Below are positions 1-5,281 of a stretch of DNA of 25,908 nucleotides, piece after piece. A model generated the notes under the pieces. The model was not told where the DNA came from. It searched no databases and was given only the letters and a program-made list of their open reading frames with translations. The first letter of the stretch is position 1. Every line of letters begins with the position of its first letter. Source of the stretch: a virus (Duplodnaviria; Caudoviricetes). The DNA is taken from positions 1 to 25,908 of IMG/VR virus record IMGVR_UViG_3300032320_002409; one strand, 5' to 3'. Made by a program: the position numbers and the translations under genes.

Positions 1-192
1 ACCGAACTGCTGAACGAATGGAATCAGATCATCGATGATCTGACCCCGGCAGAGCGGCAGATGCTGGCAAAGTCAACCCCTGCCGATTGGTTCGGTGCCA
101 TTGCTGAATTGGTGCAGGACCCCGAATTCTGGGGAGGCATCGGTGCTGCCTTCCTAGATGGTATGGCCAGGGGGTTTGATAAGCACCGTTGA
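1..192 (+). CDS. Small hypothetical protein, 5'-truncated (early-region type)
   Basis: Frame 1 is open from base 1 to TGA 190-192 (TELLNEWNQIIDDLTPAERQMLAKSTPADWFGAIAELVQDPEFWGGIGAAFLDGMARGFDKHR*). Composition is protein-like and the strand matches neighbouring genes. Not in the ORF track. Confidence 0.7.
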   Translation, partial: TELLNEWNQIIDDLTPAERQMLAKSTPADWFGAIAELVQDPEFWGGIGAAFLDGMARGFDKHR

Positions 193-211
193 CCCCTCAC
201 CGTGTTACAAT
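189..211 (+). promoter_or_regulatory. Putative sigma70 extended -10 promoter (TGtTACAAT)
   Basis: TG 203-204 and TACAAT 206-211. A TTGACC at 189-194 has only an 11-nt spacer. An A/C-rich leader runs to ATG 238. Confidence 0.45.
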
Positions 212-237
212 TAACCCGAACCAAACGACCCCGACTC

Positions 238-417
238 ATGGCACTCTACACCCAAGCATCAGACCTCGTGACCCGTCAAACCGTATGGGTGGGAACCAAC
301 GTGGCAAAGGGTAAGGATCAGGCAAACTCCCACACCCGTGCCGACTTTACCGTTGATGGTTTGAGTGCCTCTGATCTGGCAGGCATGGCAGCACATGCGT
401 TTCGCAAAAGGGGTTGA
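238..417 (+). CDS. Small hypothetical protein, 59 aa
   Basis: MALYTQASDLVTRQTVWVG...RKRG*. ATG 238 is preferred over the track start at 202, which overlaps the promoter. Confidence 0.65.
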   Translation: MALYTQASDLVTRQTVWVGTNVAKGKDQANSHTRADFTVDGLSASDLAGMAAHAFRKRG

Positions 418-443
418 CTCCCCACCCCCTGACCCGGTAAAAT
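414..443 (+). promoter_or_regulatory. Sigma70-type early promoter TTGACT-N18-TAAAAT
   Basis: -35 at 414-419 overlaps the TGA of the upstream ORF. -10 at 438-443, 22 nt before ATG 466. Confidence 0.6.
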
Positions 444-465
444 TTCCTTAGTTCAAACCCACCCG

Positions 466-675
466 ATGAACACCCCCAACGTGATGACCTCTGCCGAATT
501 GAACCTGGCAATCGCATCGGGCAGCATGACCCTAACCCGTCTCCCCCGTCGTGGACCCCGTAAGGGAGAGGCAACCATGAGCAGGGTTGGGGGATGCAGC
601 ACAGCATGGAGACCCTCCGTCGTTGCTGGTCATGCCAACCGTCACATCCGCAGTGGGTCTCCTGCTCTGGTCTGA
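466..675 (+). CDS. Small basic hypothetical protein, 69 aa
   Basis: ATG-initiated ORF directly behind a promoter; Arg-rich (RLPRRGPRKG). Confidence 0.65.
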   Translation: MNTPNVMTSAELNLAIASGSMTLTRLPRRGPRKGEATMSRVGGCSTAWRPSVVAGHANRHIRSGSPALV

Positions 676-701
676 CCTCATTCGTTCGTGAATCAGCAGT
701 G

Positions 702-726
702 CCCCCGTTCCCGTTGCGGTCGGGGG
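702..726 (+). other. GC-rich hairpin at the end of the GC-rich gene array
   Basis: CCCCCG 702-707 pairs with CGGGGG 721-726, with inner CCG-ttg-CGG 711-719. No clean U-tract follows. Confidence 0.45.
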
Positions 727-851
727 GGTTGCCCCGTATATAAAAACCATGGGTCCCCCTAATCTATAAAGTATTGCTTTCGCTAGCTCTTTATACCTTG
801 AATATAAAAATTTTTTTTAATATATAAAAAATGAAAATAAGATTCATGTAA

Positions 852-1022
852 ATGAGAAAAAATTCCGGGGAAATTTTTAGAGCCCTACAAGTCGATCCAA
901 TTACCGGTGAATATTATCTTGTAATACCAGAGCAATTAGTTAATGACTTAACTTGGTACGAAGATACAGAGATTAAGTTAGAATTGTCTGGTACGGAGAT
1001 TATCCTATCTGAAAGAGATTGA
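852..1022 (+). CDS. AbrB/MazE/SpoVT-like small DNA-binding protein, 56 aa
   Basis: MRKNSGEIFRALQVDPITGEYYLVIPEQLVNDLTWYEDTEIKLELSGTEIILSERD*. The pattern G-x-x-x-L-x-IP...L-x-W...I-x-L...G-x-x-I-I-L fits the swapped-hairpin AbrB fold. Absent from the ORF track, probably because it is under 60 aa. Confidence 0.75.
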   Translation: MRKNSGEIFRALQVDPITGEYYLVIPEQLVNDLTWYEDTEIKLELSGTEIILSERD

Positions 1023-1047
1023 CATACCATACATAATAGAGTATGAT
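1019..1047 (+). promoter_or_regulatory. Near-consensus sigma70 promoter TTGACA-N17-TATGAT
   Basis: Perfect -35 at 1019-1024, 17-nt spacer, -10 at 1042-1047, 22 nt upstream of ATG 1070. Confidence 0.85.
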
Positions 1048-1069
1048 ACTTAAGTAATCACTTGAAATT

Positions 1070-1828
1070 ATGGCTAAAGGATTTACAGTAAAAGCAAAGG
1101 CACCCGTATCTGGGGGGTCTGTAGAAGAATGGGATTATGAAAAAGCCCGTGAACTAGTCAGAGGTAAGACTATTGTTTTTTGTCTTCCTGGTAGAGGTGT
1201 ATCTTACCAATACTTAAAAAGTTTTGTACAACTCTGTTTTGACTTAGTACAATCGGGTGCTAGCATTCAAATCTCGCAAGATTATTCATCCATGGTAAAC
1301 TTTGCCAGATGTAAATGTCTTGGGGCAAATGTGCTACGTGGACCTGACCAGATTCCCTGGGATGGCAAACTGAAATATGATTGGCAACTTTGGATTGACT
1401 CGGATATTGTTTTCAATACTGAAAAGTTTTTCCAACTAGTTCTAATGGAGAAAGATATTGCTGCTGGTTGGTATGCCACTGAGGACGGTCACACAACCTC
1501 TGTTGCACACTGGTTAGAAGAAGATGATTTCCGCAACAATGGTGGAGTCATGAATCATGAAACCGTTGAAAGTATCTCAAAGCGTCGTAAACCATTCACC
1601 GTAGATTATACAGGTTTTGGTTGGGTACTAATTAAGAACGGTGTATTTGAAAATCCAGAAATGAAGTATCCTTGGTTTGCACCGAAGATGCAAGTCTTTG
1701 ACTCTGGAGATGTTCAAGATATGTGCGGAGAAGATGTATCGTTCTGTTTAGATGCAAAAGAAGCAGGATTTGAAATCTGGTGCGATCCTCGCATTAGAGT
1801 TGGTCACGAAAAAACAAGAGTGATTTGA
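1070..1828 (+). CDS. GT-A fold glycosyltransferase-like protein (conserved cyanophage protein), 252 aa
   Basis: DxD motif in WIDSDIVF, YTGFGWVLIK, catalytic-type GEDVSFC and C-terminal IWCDPRIRVGH are typical of GT-A (GT2-like) enzymes. Confidence 0.8.
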   Translation: MAKGFTVKAKAPVSGGSVEEWDYEKARELVRGKTIVFCLPGRGVSYQYLKSFVQLCFDLVQSGASIQISQDYSSMVNFARCKCLGANVLRGPDQIPWDGKLKYDWQLWIDSDIVFNTEKFFQLVLMEKDIAAGWYATEDGHTTSVAHWLEEDDFRNNGGVMNHETVESISKRRKPFTVDYTGFGWVLIKNGVFENPEMKYPWFAPKMQVFDSGDVQDMCGEDVSFCLDAKEAGFEIWCDPRIRVGHEKTRVI

Positions 1829-1833
1829 TTTGT

Positions 1834-1995
1834 ATGTCTAACGATCGCTATAATATTCTCTGTCAAGGACAACGAATTTATACTGGTCTGACAGAAGAAG
1901 AATATTTCAATACAATGGAGGATCTGTCAATAAAATTTTATCAGACAGGTTCTCCATGCCCTGAAGATCTTAAAACTGAAATTATTGGAGAATAA
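1834..1995 (+). CDS. Small hypothetical protein, 53 aa
   Basis: MSNDRYNILCQGQRIYTGLTEEEYFNTMEDLSIKFYQTGSPCPEDLKTEIIGE*; fits tightly between neighbours. Confidence 0.75.
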   Translation: MSNDRYNILCQGQRIYTGLTEEEYFNTMEDLSIKFYQTGSPCPEDLKTEIIGE

Positions 1996-1998
1996 ATT

Positions 1999-2142
1999 AT
2001 GGCAGTAAAAAGTGGTTCAAATAAAACTTCTTATGCTGCCGGGACTCCGAAAAAGTCTCGGCAAGGTGCTGGCAATGGAACAAAATATGCGGCAACGTCT
2101 CGTAATGGAGCAAGAAAACCCTATAGAGGGCAAGGAAAATAA
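1999..2142 (+). CDS. Small, highly basic protein ending in YRGQGK, 47 aa
   Basis: MAVKSGSNKTSYAAGTPKKSRQGAGNGTKYAATSRNGARKPYRGQGK*. SD GGAG at 1987-1990. The YRGQG C-terminus is recalled as a recurrent small phage protein motif. Confidence 0.8.
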   Translation: MAVKSGSNKTSYAAGTPKKSRQGAGNGTKYAATSRNGARKPYRGQGK

Positions 2143-2171
2143 TCCTTAAGAATCAATTGAATCCTACAATC

Positions 2172-2212
2172 CCCAGTCATCACTCTCAAGGGTAATGGTT
2201 GGGTATTTTTTT
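2172..2212 (+). terminator. Rho-independent terminator
   Basis: Stem CCCAGTCATCACTC 2172-2185 / GGGTAATGGTTGGG 2190-2203 (three G-U pairs, one mismatch), TCAA loop, followed by TATTTTTTT. Confidence 0.8.
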
Positions 2213-2228
2213 GTCCAAAATTTTAAAA

Positions 2229-2243
2229 ATAAATAAGTAAATA
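2229..2243 (+). promoter_or_regulatory. T4-type late promoter motif(s) upstream of speD
   Basis: ATAAATA 2229-2235 and TAAATA 2238-2243. Confidence 0.55.
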
Positions 2244-2260
2244 ACTTATTTTTTTATGCC

Positions 2261-2602
2261 TTGGAAAAGTTTGCAATGGGGAAGCACCTTCTTCTAGAGG
2301 TTTACGACGTTAATTTTGCTCTTTTAAACGACGCAATATCACTCCAAGAATCCATGGAGAACGGTATTAGAAGGGCAAAGATGACAATTTTGAACATCTA
2401 TACCCATTGTTTTATTCCACAGGGGTGTACGGTCGTCATAGCACTTGCAGAGAGTCATGTTTCTTGCCATACTTGGCCAGAAAATGGGTGCTTAGCAATA
2501 GACGTATATACTTGTGGAGAAGGAAATCCTCGTTTGATTGCTCTCGAAATTTTAAAATATCTCAATTCAGACTCATATTCTTTGCGTGAAATAGATCGTT
2601 AA
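2261..2602 (+). CDS. speD: S-adenosylmethionine decarboxylase proenzyme family (pyruvoyl-dependent); auxiliary metabolic gene
   Basis: GKHLLLEVY N-terminus, LAESHVSCHTWPE with the E|S self-cleavage site, and AIDVYTCG. Start is TTG 2261 or ATG 2276. Confidence 0.93.
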   Translation: MEKFAMGKHLLLEVYDVNFALLNDAISLQESMENGIRRAKMTILNIYTHCFIPQGCTVVIALAESHVSCHTWPENGCLAIDVYTCGEGNPRLIALEILKYLNSDSYSLREIDR

Positions 2603-2605
2603 ATA
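2599..2605 (+). promoter_or_regulatory. Possible late promoter (TTAAATA) overlapping the speD stop
   Basis: TAAATA core lies just upstream of the structured leader that begins at 2611. Confidence 0.45.
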
Positions 2606-2610
2606 GAAGT

Positions 2611-2668
2611 AGGGAGATAGCAACCTCCTTTATAAAAGTTCTGTTTTAATCATTTAAAACAGGAGCTA
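2611..2668 (+). ncRNA. Candidate cis-regulatory pseudoknot RNA in the 5' UTR of ORF 2672
   Basis: P1 AGGGAG/CTCCTT; loop ATAGCAAC is complementary to GTT 2638-2640 plus GCTA 2665-2668; hairpin CTGTTTTAA/TTAAAACAG; overlaps SD AGGAG 2661-2665. Confidence 0.55.
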
Positions 2669-2671
2669 AGA

Positions 2672-2914
2672 ATGTCCAATTTACCAGTTGATAGAAACCC
2701 CGAATATATGAGAAGTATGTGGGGAACTAATAAACTAATCACAGACTATGATTTTGTTGAAGAAAAAAGAGTAATTCAAGAGGTTATGCATGATTTGGCA
2801 CCAAAGCATAACTTGAAGAAACAAGTTGAATTGCATGAAAAAATAAGAAATGATGATGATTATGATGATTGGGAATATGGTACAGAACCAGTTTATGGTT
2901 CTTCCTGGCACTGA
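2672..2914 (+). CDS. Hypothetical protein, 80 aa, acidic/aromatic C-terminus
   Basis: Strong SD AGGAG 6 nt before ATG; DDDYDDWEYG tail; lies directly upstream of gp25. Confidence 0.85.
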   Translation: MSNLPVDRNPEYMRSMWGTNKLITDYDFVEEKRVIQEVMHDLAPKHNLKKQVELHEKIRNDDDYDDWEYGTEPVYGSSWH

Positions 2915-2915
2915 A

Positions 2916-2923
2916 TATAAATA
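2916..2923 (+). promoter_or_regulatory. T4 late promoter TATAAATA for gp25-gp6
   Basis: Exact T4 gp55 consensus, 22 nt upstream of ATG 2946. Confidence 0.85.
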
Positions 2924-2945
2924 AAGCAAAGAAAACTCTTGATCA

Positions 2946-3347
2946 ATGGCATCTCAAAAAATATCTAGATCTTTTAAAGATATTAGCCTATCATTTGATC
3001 CTCATCCTGTAACAAAAGATCTTCAGGTTTTGAAAAATGAAAATGCTATTCGCAGAGCTGTGAGAAATGTCGTCGAGACAATACCAACTGAAAAATTTTT
3101 TAATTCTACATTTGGTTCACGAGTAAGAGACAGTTTATTTGATTTTGTTGATTTTGGTACTGCCTCTATCATACAGTCTGAAATTGAAACAGCAATTGCA
3201 AATTATGAACCTAGAGTTGAAGTTGCAAATGTTGAGGTTATCCCAAATCCAAATGAAAATTCATTTGAGGTAACCATTGTATTTGATATTATTGGTCAAG
3301 AGTTTCCGACTCAAGAATATTCATTTCTATTAGAGGCAACAAGATAA
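2946..3347 (+). CDS. gp25: Baseplate wedge subunit gp25
   Basis: FKDISLSF..HPVTKDL, AIRRAVRNVVET.P.EK.F...FGS and I..YEPRV are GPW/gp25 family motifs; synteny agrees. Confidence 0.93.
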   Translation: MASQKISRSFKDISLSFDPHPVTKDLQVLKNENAIRRAVRNVVETIPTEKFFNSTFGSRVRDSLFDFVDFGTASIIQSEIETAIANYEPRVEVANVEVIPNPNENSFEVTIVFDIIGQEFPTQEYSFLLEATR

Positions 3348-3348
3348 A

Positions 3349-5280
3349 ATGCCTTTTACTAAGTTTACTAATCTAGATTTCGACCAAATAAGAGATTCTA
3401 TAAAAGATTATCTTCGTGAAAATTCCAATTTTACGGATTTTGATTTTGAAGGATCTAATTTTTCCGTATTGATTGATACGTTAGCTTATAACACGTATAT
3501 AACAGCGTTCAACACAAACATGGTTGTTAATGAGTCTTTTTTAGACTCTGCAACTTTGAGAGAAAATGTTGTTTCATTGGCAAGAAATATTGGTTACATA
3601 CCACATTCAAGAACTGCATCAAAATCTCAAATATCTTTTAACATAACTGGTTTACTAGATGGTAATGGTAAACAGACAACAAAAACACTGTCATTAAAAG
3701 CAGGATTAGTTTGTACTGGTGATATACAGAATACTTCGTATATATTTTCAATACCAGAAGATATCACGGTAAATGTAAGTTCTTTAGGAGTCGCTAGTTT
3801 TAGTAATATAACAGTTTATCAAGGAACATTTTTAACAAGTAAATTTAGATATGATGGATCTTTGGATCAAAGATTCATTTTAGATAATTCTTTTATTGAT
3901 ACATCCACAGTCAGAGTATATGTTAAAAGAGAATCAAATGCAGAAGAATTAGGATTTGAATATACTCAGGTAGAAAATATTTTACAGTTAGATGAGACTT
4001 CAAGAATTTTCTTAATTCAAGAAGTTCAGGATGAAAAATACGAAATATTTTTTGGAGATGGTCTAGTTGGTAAAAAACTAGGAACAAGCACAGGTCAAGA
4101 TGGAGATGTAATAACTGTTAATTATATTACTACAGATGGAAAAGATGGTAATGGAGTACTAAGATTTTTATTTTCTGGTTCTTTAGAAGATGACAATAAT
4201 GGTGCTTTAATATTAGAGGAACCTGTCACAGTTATAACTAATCAAGTATCACAAAACGGTTCAGATATTGAAAAAATTGATTCAATTAAATATTTTGCTC
4301 CCAGAATATATGCATCACAAAATAGAGCAGTTACTGCTAGTGATTATGAGTCAATTATTAAAAGAGTATATGAAGATACAGAATCTGTTTCTATTGTAGG
4401 TGGAGAAGAATTAGATCCACCAGAATATGGTACTGTTTTAATTAGTATTAAACCAAAGAACGGAACATACGTATCTGATTTTAATAAAAAGAATATATTA
4501 GATAATTTAAGAAAGTATAGTGTCTCGGGTATTAACCAGAAAATAATTGATCTTAAGGTACTATATGTTGAACTTGATACTGGAATATATTACGATTATT
4601 CAAAAGTATCTTCTGCAGAATATTTAAAATCAAAAGTTATTAATTCTTTAAATAAGTATGCAAATTCTTTAGATTTAAATAAATTTGGTGGTAGATTTAA
4701 ATACAGCAAAGTCTTACAAATTATAGATAACACCGACTTTTCTATCACATCTAATATTACAAAAGTTAGAATTAGAAGAGATCTACCAGCATCTATAAAT
4801 CAATATGCACAATATGAACTATGTTTTGGTAATAAATTTCATATCAGCAAAAAAGGATATAATATTAAATCAACTGGATTTACAATATTTGGGGACCCTG
4901 ATACGGTTTACTTTACTGATATCCCAAATAATGATGGTATGACTGGATTCTTATCCATAGTTAAACCAATTAATGAAAATGAAATAAGAGTTGTTTCAAA
5001 ATCTGCTGGAACTATAGATTATGAAAAGGGTGAAATTCTTATTAATAATATAAACATTACTTCTACCATAAAAGAAAATAATATTATTGAAATTCAGGCA
5101 GTTCCAGAATCAAATGATGTAGTTGGATTAAAGGAATTATATCTGAATTTTAGTATCTCAAAAAGTGAAATAAATATGATAAAGGATGTGATATCTTCTG
5201 GAGAAGAAGTTTCTGGATCAGAATTCACCAAAAATTATTACACATCTAGTTATTTAAACGGAAATCTTATAAGAAAGTAA
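3349..5280 (+). CDS. gp6: Baseplate wedge subunit gp6
   Basis: LDFDQI...FTDFDFEGSNFSVLIDTLAYNTY...NESFLDSATLRENVVSLARNIGY, YEIFFGDG and QNRAVTASDY; length (643 aa) is similar to T4 gp6. Confidence 0.95.
   Translation: MPFTKFTNLDFDQIRDSIKDYLRENSNFTDFDFEGSNFSVLIDTLAYNTYITAFNTNMVVNESFLDSATLRENVVSLARNIGYIPHSRTASKSQISFNITGLLDGNGKQTTKTLSLKAGLVCTGDIQNTSYIFSIPEDITVNVSSLGVASFSNITVYQGTFLTSKFRYDGSLDQRFILDNSFIDTSTVRVYVKRESNAEELGFEYTQVENILQLDETSRIFLIQEVQDEKYEIFFGDGLVGKKLGTSTGQDGDVITVNYITTDGKDGNGVLRFLFSGSLEDDNNGALILEEPVTVITNQVSQNGSDIEKIDSIKYFAPRIYASQNRAVTASDYESIIKRVYEDTESVSIVGGEELDPPEYGTVLISIKPKNGTYVSDFNKKNILDNLRKYSVSGINQKIIDLKVLYVELDTGIYYDYSKVSSAEYLKSKVINSLNKYANSLDLNKFGGRFKYSKVLQIIDNTDFSITSNITKVRIRRDLPASINQYAQYELCFGNKFHISKKGYNIKSTGFTIFGDPDTVYFTDIPNNDGMTGFLSIVKPINENEIRVVSKSAGTIDYEKGEILINNINITSTIKENNIIEIQAVPESNDVVGLKELYLNFSISKSEINMIKDVISSGEEVSGSEFTKNYYTSSYLNGNLIRK
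5170..5176 (+). promoter_or_regulatory. Internal late promoter ATAAATA in the 3' end of gp6 (for gp7)
   Basis: About 105 nt upstream of the gp7 ATG; encoded within E-I-N-M codons. Confidence 0.5.
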
Positions 5281-5281
5281 T

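Noticed and set aside
202-237. Track start at 202 for the second ORF
   Set aside because: It is a non-ATG start overlapping the -10 element; ATG 238 fits the leader better.
24-750. Minus-strand ORFs 24-239, 347-607 and 532-750
   Set aside because: They are antisense to promoter-led + strand ORFs and have unprotein-like composition; long shadow ORFs are expected in GC-rich DNA.
798-851. TTGAAT-N17-TATATA promoter and mini-ORF MKIRFM (831-851)
   Set aside because: The -10 box is poor and the DNA is extremely AT-rich, so chance matches are likely.
2256-2589. ATG at 2256 as speD start, and alternate-frame ORF 2407-2589
   Set aside because: ATG 2256 is out of frame with speD and stops after 13 codons; ORF 2407 is nested in speD with no support.
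2611-2670. Assignment of the leader RNA to preQ1-I, SAM-II, pistol or HDV-like families
   Set aside because: Only superficial similarity; conserved core nucleotides of those families are not recognisable, so it is left unassigned.
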